DNA of 55,589 nt from a virus (lineage: Duplodnaviria; Caudoviricetes). Below, one piece after another: positions 43,104-54,000 of this stretch. Position numbers and translations under genes: made by a program. The stretch lies in IMG/VR virus record IMGVR_UViG_3300043400_000016, positions 1-55,589 of that record; one strand, 5' to 3'. The notes beneath the pieces were generated by a model that saw only the letters and a program-made list of their open reading frames with translations, did no database searches and was not told the DNA's origin. Every line of letters begins with the position of its first letter. The stretch's first letter is position 1.

Positions 43104-44466
43104 TCTACTTGGTGGATCGGCCCGTAGTGAGAGAGATCTCGCGTTCAGTGTAAAGTTCAATGTAGCCGACAGTCCGGATACAGTTCTTGATTTTACTAGA
43201 TTTTTTCAGTCTGCTAAAGCAGAAGTAAGTGATATGGGGTCATACCACGTCATAATAGAATTATTCGACGGTGAGGGGTCAGATCTAGAATCAAGTTTAG
43301 TAATGGCCGGTCAGAATAGTGCTCTAACTTTATCTTTTGGCTGGAAAGAAGACTCCAACCCCGTAATGGAGTTGAGTGTAGTAAGTTTTTCACCAAAATT
43401 CTTGCCTGACGGTTTTGGAACTTCTATAAATTGTGTAGTTGAGCATTCGTACGAAGCCGGGACCAACAAGTTACCGGCTAATACTTTTTCCTTCCCCGGC
43501 TACAAGTATACTGCGTCTCAAATGGTTTCTCATATAGCAGCCAAAGAGATAGTCGTACCGGCAAAACAATCTAGTAACGGTACACCGACCAAATTACTTA
43601 CCAACAACGTTATAAAGACGGTATGGAAAGACCCTATAATAGAAGAGTCTAGCGGCATAATTGAAGCCGATCTTGCTACCGAATTAAACGACACTACATG
43701 TGGATTTATCCTAAAAAAGATAATGCCACTTGCTGTAAACCGCGAGGGTAAACCATTTGATTTTTATTTTGACCAAAGTGGAGTAATGCACTTCCACTCC
43801 AAAGGATACGACTCGTCTTCTACAAACGACAATAGGGAAGCTATAGTTGCATCGTACGAGTACGCCCGTGATTCTGCCGGTGACGTATTCCAGTTCGAGC
43901 CGGAATACTCTGGCGTTGGCGCGGCCATGCTTGGAGGTAGTGCTGCCGTATACAAGAGTGTAAATTCAGTTGACGGCTCAACGACTACAGTAACCACGTC
44001 CCCGTCGAGCAATGGCGTATCACTTGACATATCTGTGCAGTCAGATGCTAAAAATGTTATGCCTGTCAGTGCAGGCACACAGAGCTACACGACGCTTCAA
44101 GATAGAACTCCCGGAGACGCTGCTCTTAGAGCACAAGCCGTATACGGCTATCTTCGATCCGCCTACGTAACCGCTACCCTTACGGTCCTTGGTAACTGGT
44201 CTTTGAAGATGGGGCAGCTTGTAGAAGTTAGATACAGAAGGCGTGATGGTACCAACCATCCCATGGGCGGGCTGTTCCGTATTTCTCGTTTAGCTCATAC
44301 TATAGACAGTTCTCGCGGATTTATGACTGGGTGTAATCTATTCAAGGAAGGAATAGGGGACACTCTTCCTGGTCTGGTTAATCTTCCTGGAGTTACACAA
44401 GCAACTTCGGATCTTGGTACTCCGACAAACGATGATAGTACAACTATAACTAAGCAAGTTAGCTGA
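43096..44466 (+). CDS. baseplate hub protein (gp27/gpD-like)
   Basis: LSFGW, FYFDQSG.MHF, ATLTVLGN..L..GQ.V, GLF.I..L.H.I. Confidence 0.75.
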   Translation: MPNLLGGSARSERDLAFSVKFNVADSPDTVLDFTRFFQSAKAEVSDMGSYHVIIELFDGEGSDLESSLVMAGQNSALTLSFGWKEDSNPVMELSVVSFSPKFLPDGFGTSINCVVEHSYEAGTNKLPANTFSFPGYKYTASQMVSHIAAKEIVVPAKQSSNGTPTKLLTNNVIKTVWKDPIIEESSGIIEADLATELNDTTCGFILKKIMPLAVNREGKPFDFYFDQSGVMHFHSKGYDSSSTNDNREAIVASYEYARDSAGDVFQFEPEYSGVGAAMLGGSAAVYKSVNSVDGSTTTVTTSPSSNGVSLDISVQSDAKNVMPVSAGTQSYTTLQDRTPGDAALRAQAVYGYLRSAYVTATLTVLGNWSLKMGQLVEVRYRRRDGTNHPMGGLFRISRLAHTIDSSRGFMTGCNLFKEGIGDTLPGLVNLPGVTQATSDLGTPTNDDSTTITKQVS

Positions 44467-44472
44467 GATAAT

Positions 44473-45555
44473 ATGTCATACTCCGGTATACACCGCGCCA
44501 CGATAACAAACGTCAATGACCCAAAGCGCCTGCACAGGGTTCAAGTGCGCGTGGTCGGTGTCCACGACGAGACATCCCCGACTGATACTCTGCCATGGGC
44601 TGAGAACGGCAATGCTCCTGCTACGTTCATGTCAGGAGACTACTTTCCATATAACGAGGGCGATAAAGTCTGGGTTATGTTTGAGGGCGGGCAGTCAAAT
44701 TACCCCGTCTATCTGGGTGGTTGGCAGAGCAATTCTCAGGGTGTGAATTCAACTCCAGCTGAGCTTGTTCAGGATCTGGAGAATAACGGCGTATCCCACA
44801 AATGGGTGCGCGTTGACCGTAAGGGTAACCAACTTGTATTTAATGAACTTCCGGAAGACGCTGGCATTGCTTTAATTAGCGGATCTTGTGAGTTGGAAGT
44901 CCTCCAGTCTGAGAATTCTATTAACGTAAAAGTGCCTACTGGTTCCATAAATATGGAAACAGGCTCTGTGCGCTCCACAAGTAGAGTCTTCGTTATTGAT
45001 TCAAGCAGCCTCGTCATAACCGGTGATAGTGTTTCTAGTCTCGGTTTCGCGGATGCCCTTTTTGACATCATAAATAATAACCGGGTTTCGCTATCTGGAG
45101 ATAATGAATTAATTCTAGGCTCCTACGTTCCGACACTCCTTGGAGTGTCTATGTGCCCTGGTACTGGTGTAGGCTCGAACAGGGGCACGTCAGTTCGACC
45201 AGCTTTAGTGTCCTATTTAGTAGCTTCGCAGAAAGTTGTTGTTGGCGCTAAGAGCGTGGCTTCTGGATCGCCAACTAACTCTTTGGCGACACCATTGGTA
45301 CCGCTTGGTACTGCTCTTGTGGAAGTAAATGGCGTAGCGATAAATCTTACCGGCGTTACTAGCCTGAACGTAACGGTGGGTGGCACTACTATGACTATTA
45401 CTCCTGTTGGGGTATCGGTTCAGGGGAACTTATCAGTAACGGGGAATATAACGGCCACTGGCGATATCGTAGCCGGTACTATCAGTCTCCGCAGCCACAC
45501 TCATCTTTACAGCCCCGGTCCTGGTGGTCCTACCCCCAGCGCTCCACCAGCGTAA
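44473..45555 (+). CDS. baseplate central spike (gp5 OB-fold with gpV/gp138-type tip)
   Basis: NVNDP.R..RVQVRV.G.H, LPWA, GDKVWVMFEGG...YPV.LG; C-terminal G.ISL.SHTH metal-binding tip. Confidence 0.85.
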   Translation: MSYSGIHRATITNVNDPKRLHRVQVRVVGVHDETSPTDTLPWAENGNAPATFMSGDYFPYNEGDKVWVMFEGGQSNYPVYLGGWQSNSQGVNSTPAELVQDLENNGVSHKWVRVDRKGNQLVFNELPEDAGIALISGSCELEVLQSENSINVKVPTGSINMETGSVRSTSRVFVIDSSSLVITGDSVSSLGFADALFDIINNNRVSLSGDNELILGSYVPTLLGVSMCPGTGVGSNRGTSVRPALVSYLVASQKVVVGAKSVASGSPTNSLATPLVPLGTALVEVNGVAINLTGVTSLNVTVGGTTMTITPVGVSVQGNLSVTGNITATGDIVAGTISLRSHTHLYSPGPGGPTPSAPPA

Positions 45556-45564
45556 GGAACCAGC

Positions 45565-46833
45565 ATGCCTATCTCAGTTGCTTCTATCGGGTGCAGTTCA
45601 TGCCCTGACTACGTTATTCAGGCGGTGTCAGCTAAGTCGTGGGAAGTTCTGGATAAGATCCAGCGCCTTAAGTATCTCACGTCGATCTTCAATCGTCTTA
45701 TCAAGGACATCGCTAATCAGATTTTAGGCGATCTGCAAGCTCTAGTGGATCTCATCCCAGATCCGCCTGTGTTCAATGTTACCGAGTACGTTAATCTCAT
45801 TACGTGCCCATTGACTCCTTTGGCTATTCTGAAGGACATTGACATCCGCGATAAGAACTCGCCTAACGATCCTACGAAATTCAATTTTGCCTATAATCTC
45901 AATCAGAGCATCATAGATAAGCTTGATCCTAGAAAAGTATACGAGAACAATCTCAAGCCAACGTTCATTAATAAGAAGAAACAAGTAGAAGCACTCTACG
46001 ACGAAGCTCTTGCTCGTATTGGCAGCTACGATCTTCGTGAGTTGAAGAACGAGATGGACTTTACTCAACGTTATCAGAACGGCCCAAGTAACCCGTCAAC
46101 AAATCCGGCTTTGAATACAGTTGTTACTCTTATCGGAACAACTGGTACCGGAGAATACATCTACAATGTCAGTGGTACCGGAGCCGCCACAACTGCTATG
46201 CAGTCGGCCTACGTATCTCCTGGGTCGGTACAGCTTACTGTAAATGCCTCAAGCCCTATAGTGTTTAATGACGATGGTCCTAACTTTAGGCTTTCAACTG
46301 GGGACAGCGGATCCATGTACGTGGACACCGCTAATTCATACATCTTATATAACACCGCCAATCCTCCGGTGAACGACTATACCCCGTTCAATCTTAGATT
46401 TATAAGTCAGAACGGCAATCTTACCGGAGCCTTGGTTACTGTGCAGTTCAAGGATAGCTCCAGCAGTCCTTTGTCTATTGAAGGCGCTGTTCAAAAACTT
46501 CGTAGCTCACCGCAACCAAAATCCCCAGTTGCCCAGATTGTCCGAAGATACTTGCAGGAGCTTTACAGAGCACTTTCTGGAAATCCTGCCCAGTTCGCCT
46601 TGGACATTGCATTCTGCATGGCCCAGGGTGCGTATGTTCAGGCGGCTTGCCCATCCATATATAACAACCCTAACAATCCGTTCATAAAACTGGCCAATGA
46701 GCTTTCTACGTGGAGCTTCGACGGACTTCTACCGTCCGGTATGGATGCCGAAGTTCAGCGTTTTATGACTATCGTAGCTCAGGCTTGGCAGAAAGTGAAG
46801 CGCTGGGAAGACTTGGTTTACATTATAGTTTAG
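45565..46833 (+). CDS. hypothetical baseplate-region protein
   Basis: 422-aa ORF, AAGGA RBS; contains a beta module similar to the MCP insertion. Confidence 0.65.
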   Translation: MPISVASIGCSSCPDYVIQAVSAKSWEVLDKIQRLKYLTSIFNRLIKDIANQILGDLQALVDLIPDPPVFNVTEYVNLITCPLTPLAILKDIDIRDKNSPNDPTKFNFAYNLNQSIIDKLDPRKVYENNLKPTFINKKKQVEALYDEALARIGSYDLRELKNEMDFTQRYQNGPSNPSTNPALNTVVTLIGTTGTGEYIYNVSGTGAATTAMQSAYVSPGSVQLTVNASSPIVFNDDGPNFRLSTGDSGSMYVDTANSYILYNTANPPVNDYTPFNLRFISQNGNLTGALVTVQFKDSSSSPLSIEGAVQKLRSSPQPKSPVAQIVRRYLQELYRALSGNPAQFALDIAFCMAQGAYVQAACPSIYNNPNNPFIKLANELSTWSFDGLLPSGMDAEVQRFMTIVAQAWQKVKRWEDLVYIIV

Positions 46834-46876
46834 CCCCACCATAAATGTACACTAACTAAATCTTCTAGGAGTCACT

Positions 46877-47173
46877 GTGAGTAGCTGCTTCACCTCTACC
46901 GCAAACAGTGTTTGCACTGATACTGTCTGCTCGTGTGGGGTTGAAATGGACCCTACAGAACTGGCGTTAGTCTGGCAGAAAAGAGCACTTCCGATTATGG
47001 TCAGACTCATGAGACACGGGCACATGGTTGATCGTTCTAGGATAAATAAAACCATGGAGCTTTTGCTCGGTATAGAGCGAGGGTCAGTTAATTCCCCTGA
47101 ATCTTATGAGCTAACAGCAAGCAGCCATCACTTGCCGCCCTGCACTTGGCGCAAGCGCTTCCGTTCTGCCTAA
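46877..47173 (+). CDS. hypothetical protein
   Basis: 98-aa ORF with AGGAG RBS. Confidence 0.45.
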   Translation: MSSCFTSTANSVCTDTVCSCGVEMDPTELALVWQKRALPIMVRLMRHGHMVDRSRINKTMELLLGIERGSVNSPESYELTASSHHLPPCTWRKRFRSA

Positions 47174-47192
47174 CTGACCATATCTTTTGCCC

Positions 47193-47591
47193 ATGGCTAC
47201 TGCATCCTTAACCGGCTTGGCATTACCCGCCGCCAAACGGTCGGGGTCTAACTATCTAGATTCAAAGTCTAATGCTCAAGTAGCCTGGGGTGATCTTCTG
47301 ATGGCGCTTATTGTGCCAGCCGGCACCCGTCCACTGAGCAGATCATTCGGCAGTAATATTCACCGTTACATATTTGAGCCAAATGACAATCGTACGCAGA
47401 CCATGATTCGGTACATCATAGAACAGGCTGCGGCAAAATACGCTCCTATGGTTAAAGTTGCTAACGTGGCAATCACCAGTAGCGCTCAGACACTAAACTT
47501 CGTTATCACGTTCAAGATGGCCAACGATACTACCACGTACCAAGACTCAGTATCTTTCCCTCAATCTGCATTCTTCTCAACAACGCGGTGA
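47193..47591 (+). CDS. baseplate wedge/sheath initiator (gp25-like)
   Basis: G.RP....FGS.I..YIFEPND, I..A...Y.P.V.V. Confidence 0.85.
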   Translation: MATASLTGLALPAAKRSGSNYLDSKSNAQVAWGDLLMALIVPAGTRPLSRSFGSNIHRYIFEPNDNRTQTMIRYIIEQAAAKYAPMVKVANVAITSSAQTLNFVITFKMANDTTTYQDSVSFPQSAFFSTTR

Positions 47592-47595
47592 CGCT

Positions 47596-50091
47596 ATGCC
47601 CGACACAATCAACTATACGGCCAGAGACGCCACGACTATCCGCGCTGAGTTGCAGAGGGCTATAAAAGAAACCGCTCCGGATCTATGGAATGATTTTAAT
47701 ACTTCAAATCTTGGAAGTGTACTCATTGATCTTATCGCGTTGACCGGCGACACTCTTTCATTTGGGCAGGATGTAATTGCCCAAGAAATGTTTTTGAGTA
47801 CTGCACAGCGCTACGATTCAGCTATCCGTAAAGCTCGTGATGTTGGCTATAAACCTCGTGCCGCTGTCGCTGCCACCGTCACCGTTCGTTCAACTAGCAT
47901 GCCGGGTCAACTTACGACTTACGGGGGAACAATTAAATCCGGAAGCAGTATCACCGGGGCTAACGGCCTAAATTATGAAGTCGTATCAGATACGGTCATA
48001 TCCCCCGGCGCGGGATACATCCGAGTACCGCTTAAAGAGGGAAAGTCGTATCAGGAAATATTCAGGACTTCCAGTCAACCAAGAATGGCTATCACGTTGA
48101 CCAACGCGAATGTTGAAGAGTTGTCTTGGGGAGTAACCGTCAACGTCTCCGGTACTCCGGTTACGTGGTCTCAAGTTGATAATGTCGCTCTGGAGTTATC
48201 CGCAACCAATACATATCAAGTATTCCTAGACGGCAGCAATAAAGCAATTTTCACTTTCGGTGACGGTGTGGCTGGAGCTATCCCCTCTGGCGATATTACA
48301 ATTGCGTATCGGACAACAAACGGGGCCTCCGGTAACTCCGGTATTGGAACCATCAGGGGTACCCTCCAAGCGATAATTAACGTAGACGGATCTACGGTAC
48401 CCGTACCAGTTGAAAACACTGACACAGTAAATGCTGACACTGGCGGCTCCCTGTTTATATCTGGCGAACCGCAGGCATTAACTAATACCGGAAGCGCGGA
48501 TAAGTCATTTACTCAAATACTTCAGAATAGTCCGTTAGTTCCCGGATCTTTGACGCTTACTATTTACCCCACCGGTAACGTCAGTGATGGTTCTTTGATT
48601 TTGAAAGACACGGCAAACGCAACTTTCACGATCCTACTTAATAGTACCGTTACAACATATATTATCGGATCTACAAATTCTATAAATTATGCCAACGGCA
48701 CTTGGGCATTCAATCTTTCTCCCGCGTCAGGGTCTCTAAATTTCTCCGGTACAGTTAAGCCTTCGTTTCTTGCGGGGTATTATGCGTCAGCAGCACCAGC
48801 CGTATCTGCGGTAATAACGACTGGTGCTGCTTCTGGCGGTCAAGACCGTGAGACTATTGCTGAGCTGCGTGTAAATATTCCAGCGTATGTTCGTTCTCGC
48901 GGAACTCTCGTCACGCTCCAAGATTACAAGGACGCCCTAACGAATGTCGCTGGGGCCGGCCTAGTTGTTCCCGATCTATGGATTGGGTCACACGTAGCTA
49001 ACACTATTCGTTTGAGTCTATGGAGCAAAGAAAGCGTATCGTTCGCTTCTGAATCACCTACCACGGCTCTTAGCTCGTCTGACCAGAGCACGATTTACTA
49101 TTCCCGGTATGTCAGGGCTACAAGTTCAACTGTTTACAACGTAGCTAAGGCTATGCGTAACCGGAATCAGATAACTGTGCGTCCTGCTATTACGGTCAAC
49201 GGTATGCGGTGGGTCGATCTTTACTTGGAGACTATCAAGTACGACTCAACGTACCCAAAAAACCAGATCAGAACCGCGATTACATCGGCTATCGTTGACG
49301 TATTTCAGAATGCTGACGGTTTGTCAGTTTACACGTCAGATATCTACAACGCCGTTAACTCGGTAGATGGTGTTAGCTACTTTAAATTATCTCGGCTGGC
49401 ATACGGCGACTATAACGCTACTTCAGCTGATTCGGAAAACATCGGGGCTACGTCTACTAGTGCTACGATTTCTGGTGCGGTGGCTAACCCGACTGTAGTT
49501 CCTGGGACTTTGACTATAACGGTTAATCAGCCAAGCGGTAATACTACGGTTCTTCAGGATACTAACGGCGACGGAATCCTATACGTTACTTCAGGCCCAA
49601 TGGTTCTTACCACACCGTCTTATGGTGCGGTCAATTATATAGACTATAATAGCGGTATCTGGAACATAACTTTCACTGCTAGCTCTTTGGTGGCCAATCA
49701 GATTGTATCAGCTACGTACAGAGACGTTATTACTGATTTGCGTGCTACCCAAGTGGTAAAATTTGGTGTTACGAACGACAATGTGTACGCAGGTGACGCC
49801 TACCCACCGCCTACGGTCAATAGCATCCCTGGCTACCCGTCTTCAATGCCTCCGTTTAAGGACGGTCGCCCCCTGTATCCCGCAGTCCCGACAAATAGTT
49901 CACTGTCAATTGGGTCGCTGCTAACATATGGGGTGTTGCAGGACATCATAACTCCGCTGGCTTCACGGCAGAACTACTACGACGACTCGTATCTTTACAA
50001 TGGCGAGATATTCTATGACTCGCAATTGGTAAGTCAGGCTCCGCGTGCGATAAATCTTCGCCGCCTTGTTTTTGATCTGGCCCCCAAGTAA
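47596..50091 (+). CDS. baseplate wedge protein (gp6/gpJ-like)
   Basis: INYT.RD..TI, WNDFN.SN.G..LI.L.A..GD.LSF, FGDG..G.IP, GGQD.ET, VT.QDY. Confidence 0.9.
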   Translation: MPDTINYTARDATTIRAELQRAIKETAPDLWNDFNTSNLGSVLIDLIALTGDTLSFGQDVIAQEMFLSTAQRYDSAIRKARDVGYKPRAAVAATVTVRSTSMPGQLTTYGGTIKSGSSITGANGLNYEVVSDTVISPGAGYIRVPLKEGKSYQEIFRTSSQPRMAITLTNANVEELSWGVTVNVSGTPVTWSQVDNVALELSATNTYQVFLDGSNKAIFTFGDGVAGAIPSGDITIAYRTTNGASGNSGIGTIRGTLQAIINVDGSTVPVPVENTDTVNADTGGSLFISGEPQALTNTGSADKSFTQILQNSPLVPGSLTLTIYPTGNVSDGSLILKDTANATFTILLNSTVTTYIIGSTNSINYANGTWAFNLSPASGSLNFSGTVKPSFLAGYYASAAPAVSAVITTGAASGGQDRETIAELRVNIPAYVRSRGTLVTLQDYKDALTNVAGAGLVVPDLWIGSHVANTIRLSLWSKESVSFASESPTTALSSSDQSTIYYSRYVRATSSTVYNVAKAMRNRNQITVRPAITVNGMRWVDLYLETIKYDSTYPKNQIRTAITSAIVDVFQNADGLSVYTSDIYNAVNSVDGVSYFKLSRLAYGDYNATSADSENIGATSTSATISGAVANPTVVPGTLTITVNQPSGNTTVLQDTNGDGILYVTSGPMVLTTPSYGAVNYIDYNSGIWNITFTASSLVANQIVSATYRDVITDLRATQVVKFGVTNDNVYAGDAYPPPTVNSIPGYPSSMPPFKDGRPLYPAVPTNSSLSIGSLLTYGVLQDIITPLASRQNYYDDSYLYNGEIFYDSQLVSQAPRAINLRRLVFDLAPK

Positions 50092-50123
50092 CCGCAAACA
50101 CTGTTTGCTAAGCGAGTCTGGTT

Positions 50124-50849
50124 ATGGCTAACAATAATATGCCACTAGTTGATGGGATGCCGTATAATAAGTGGGCCGCTGGCATCCGACCATCTGATGC
50201 GGAGTATCAGACACGTATTACGGGTATCCGCCCTAGCTTTACTACTGTGATATACGGAACTATCGCGCTAGCTAAAATTAAAGAATGGTATGACGCTGGT
50301 GTGATTCTTACGTCAGCTTTTGTCGGTGGTAGTGGATATACTGACGGAACGTACACAGTACCGCTAGTCGGCGGCTCTGGTCACGGAGCCCGAGTATCAG
50401 TTTCTGTTGTTGGTGGCGCGGTGCAGACTCCGACGTACGTTTCTCAAGGATACGGCTATGTTGTGGGCAACAACCTAACCCCTTCTGATATTCCGGGAGG
50501 TGCCGGGGCCGTTATAACTGTAGCTACCGTCTCCTCCGGGCATCCACTTACTACCCCAATACCAGACGTACCACCAGGAGCTTACTTTATTGTGTCTGAC
50601 GACGCTAGCGGGATGCTAAGCGGTGGAGTCAGTACCATTGCCCCGGTTAATTATATTGGCCGCAACGCGCACACAGACTATTTGAAAGATCCAGTTACCG
50701 GTGTTACCGTGCAGGCTGTGACCGTGCCTACGTCTTTTAGAGCGCCAATTAAAAATGAAATATTAAATGACGTAATTAATGGGACATTAAAAAAGTGGTT
50801 TAACAATTCTCCAGTAGGCTTGCTAGATACAGTGAGTGCCGGGGTTTAG
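50124..50849 (+). CDS. virion structural protein with Gly-rich GxGY module
   Basis: GGSGYTDGTY.VPL.GGSG.GA...G.GY. Confidence 0.65.
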   Translation: MANNNMPLVDGMPYNKWAAGIRPSDAEYQTRITGIRPSFTTVIYGTIALAKIKEWYDAGVILTSAFVGGSGYTDGTYTVPLVGGSGHGARVSVSVVGGAVQTPTYVSQGYGYVVGNNLTPSDIPGGAGAVITVATVSSGHPLTTPIPDVPPGAYFIVSDDASGMLSGGVSTIAPVNYIGRNAHTDYLKDPVTGVTVQAVTVPTSFRAPIKNEILNDVINGTLKKWFNNSPVGLLDTVSAGV

Positions 50850-51052
50850 GCCCTGCTCATTGAATACTATTGGGCATGGTCGTGGCGCTCCTTTGCCGGA
50901 TTTAAAATTGTACCCGCTAAAATCATGCCTGGTAAATGAAGACAGGCGATGTTTCTGTGTACGCATCGTTGGTGCTCACCAAGGGATGCTTACGTAATCC
51001 CGGCATTGTTTGTTTTATTAACAATATATGCTGCGCTAACTAGGGTACCAGC

Positions 51053-54000
51053 ATGCCGTACAGTGAAACAAATAATGGGTCGGGATACTTAGATGGAGTT
51101 TACCCGAGGGTACCTTTATTCGGAGGATCGGGGAGAGGCATTGAGGCCGCTGTAACAATAACTAGTGGTGCTGTTTCGCATTTATCTTACGTGACTCTGG
51201 GTACCGGTTACAGAATAGGGGACATTCTTGATTTTAGTTTAACTAACATCGCTGGGCTAGCTCAGGGTACTGGTTTTAGAACCAAAATAACAAGTATTCC
51301 GTACACTGAGAATATAAATGGGTGGGAGGACTACCAGTCGATGCCCGAAAGAGCCATTGATGGAATGGCCATCTTCTCCGCATTAGACCCCGCTGGTATT
51401 TATACACTTATTGCGCGATTACTCGGAAGCATGTCTGCTAGATTCCAGTACGACGCAAAATTTATTGAAGCGCAATCATCGGCTGTCACGGCTGAAGTTC
51501 CCGCACAAGCCACTACAACGGTCGGTTCTCCTCCTTACACGTATGACGTATCAACGCTAAAAAAGATTGGTCACGAATACGGCTACGAAATAAATGCTAC
51601 AGACCCCGTTTCAAGGATAAGGGCAGGCCTACTTACGTCCGTGTCTAGTACTAAACGTAAGGGTACAAGCCTTGGTGTAACGGATCGTCTGCGCACGATG
51701 GGGTACAGCGGGTATGCAACTGAAATATGGGGAACGCCCGGTGCCAACCGTATAATCCTAGCGCCGTCTACTAGCGCTACTGACACGACGCTGCCGCTTC
51801 TTAAATTTGACCCTTACTCGTCAACTCCTGGGATAAGAATATCTAAATGGAGCAACAGTTACCCAGTTTCTTACACTGGTGGTGTCATAACACATGCAAA
51901 TGTTTGTGTTGTGGAAGTTTCAGGAGGCAGAGACGCAGCTAACCACCCGAGCGGAATACCAGACACTGACGATTATTTTGAAATTTATGACGGTGTAACA
52001 CGTTGGCGTTTCGTGTATATGCCATACGTAAAAACCACGGATACATTTGCGTACGACACAAGTAAAAGTGGCCCATGCGAGTATGCAGCCGGTTCCACCA
52101 CACGTACTGGGTACAATATCGGCGGCTACCCTGCTCTGACCGAGGCCCCGGTGGTCACGAGTTATGTTTACCGTGACGCAGCTAGTGTTTATGCTTACGG
52201 CGTAACATATAACCGGTGCCTAGACGTTCGTGGAATTCCTAATTGTTTGATAAAAGATGCTGCTGATAATCAGTTATATCTTCCTGCCGGTGTCGTCGGC
52301 TATGCATGGGATTCGACAAATAAAGTATCAATCGGATTCACTATTGGGTCCGATGGTGCCTTAGTAACTGTCAACAGCATATTAAATGAGTCTGGACACG
52401 CTAGCTTCGCATGTGGGCAGACCATTCGTATCCCAGTCTCAATCGCTAGTAATCTCAGTACGGGGGCGGGGTACGTCACCACAAGCGGATTGTTAGCGGG
52501 GTCATTCACAAACGTAGCTTTAACCGGGGGGTCGGGCACGGGTGCTCTGGCGACTGTAATAATTTCTGGTGGCTCTGTTACGTCAATTGTACTTACATAT
52601 CTTGGCTACGGTTATCATGTAGGAGAAACTTTAACAGTTCCATACACAAGTATTCCGGGGGCTACAGGCGTAACTACACAGGCTTCGATAACACTTGTTT
52701 CTAAATCCGGATATTTTTTTACAGCGACTATCACAAGTCCGTCAGCTAGCAATCTTATTGCTGCGCCGACGTATGCCGGATTGTCAACTGCTAAAGCCGT
52801 TGCCGTGCCAGTATGGATAGATAATTCTTTGCCGATACTAAATATTCCTAACTTACAAAACGCTATCTCGCTTTGGAATGCGTCTACCGGAAGTAATTAT
52901 GTTCCTGGAATTGGTATTCTTCTTACGATAGTAAGTACAGACTACGGCTATCAGCCGCCGGGGGCGTCGTACGGCTATCAGACAATAAATAACAGAAAAA
53001 TACTGGCCCCTCCAAGGCCCCCATTAACGGGTGCGGTAGACCCTATGGGAATTATTGTACTCAATGGAGGAGCCGGGTACACGTACAGAGACCCTACTAC
53101 CGGGCTGTGCTACGATACTTATAGACAGTACAGTTATATGCACGGCGGGCACGGGAAGGCCCTGTACGGGTATATAACAGTAACTAATGGAGTAGTTACT
53201 GCCGTAAACGCGGACCCTTTAGCTCCTGGTTATGAGTTTCGTTCGGGAGATATCCTTGTCCCTGGGGCAGCCATATCTTACGACAATCTCGGAACCCCAA
53301 TAGCTTCTTCAGCCATGACAGTTGGAACTGGCTTATCGTGCGCGATTAGAGGACAAGCCTCGTTAGAAACCATTACAAGTTTAACCGGTGGCTCTGGGTA
53401 CCAGAATTCGGCTAATGGTAAAATATTTGAACTTGTTTCTGCTAATGGGTCTGGTGCCCTAGCTGTATTTACAATATCTGGCGGTATAGTAATTGCGGTC
53501 TCTCTCACTGCTTCTCGCGGCCAGGGGTACCATTATCTTGATATTCTAACGGCCCCTGATCTGCCAGGAGGGACTAATTTTCAATGCGCCGTTTCTGGTG
53601 TCACTAGCGGTCTTGGCCTCGGCCTAGTAGACGGGCTTACCTCGGAAAGTTCTGCTAGATATGCTAAGAAACCATCAAACGGGGCGGAGACTGACCCTTG
53701 GTTTTGCCGTGGAGCCGCAGCTAACTACGTTGAATTGCCTCAGTCATATTCCTACGATGTACCGGGTATATTCTTACCACTGTCTCAAATTGTCGTACAC
53801 ATTAATCATGCTGATGGGACATACGTAGATTTTACAGACCCAGATGATACTGGCACTTATTCCTTAGTCGGCGGTCCTGGTGCGGACGGCAATGCCCCGT
53901 GGCATCGTATTAACAGAGAACTTACAACAGATGTACTACCGGCATGCATAGCTATAAAATATTTTGCTACTGATTTTCATTTGGGGAAATACTCAGACAA

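Larger units (their letters stand above)
1120..50107. repeat. dispersed palindrome (G)CAAACA(C/G)TGTTTG(C), about 22 copies
   Basis: 11-bp cores start at 1121, 1860, 2215, 5534, 8576, 11536, 14467, 15691, 16471, 18530, 20087, 20642, 23917, 26659, 29796, 31018, 32946, 35782, 39121, 42101, 46903, 50096 (some with a 1-nt variant). Confidence 0.9.

Noticed and set aside
1120-50107. Dispersed palindrome as CRISPR repeat, canonical parS or LexA box
   Set aside because: Copies are kilobases apart, and the sequence differs from parS TGTTTCACGTGAAACA and from GAAC-N4-GTTC or CTGT-N8-ACAG boxes
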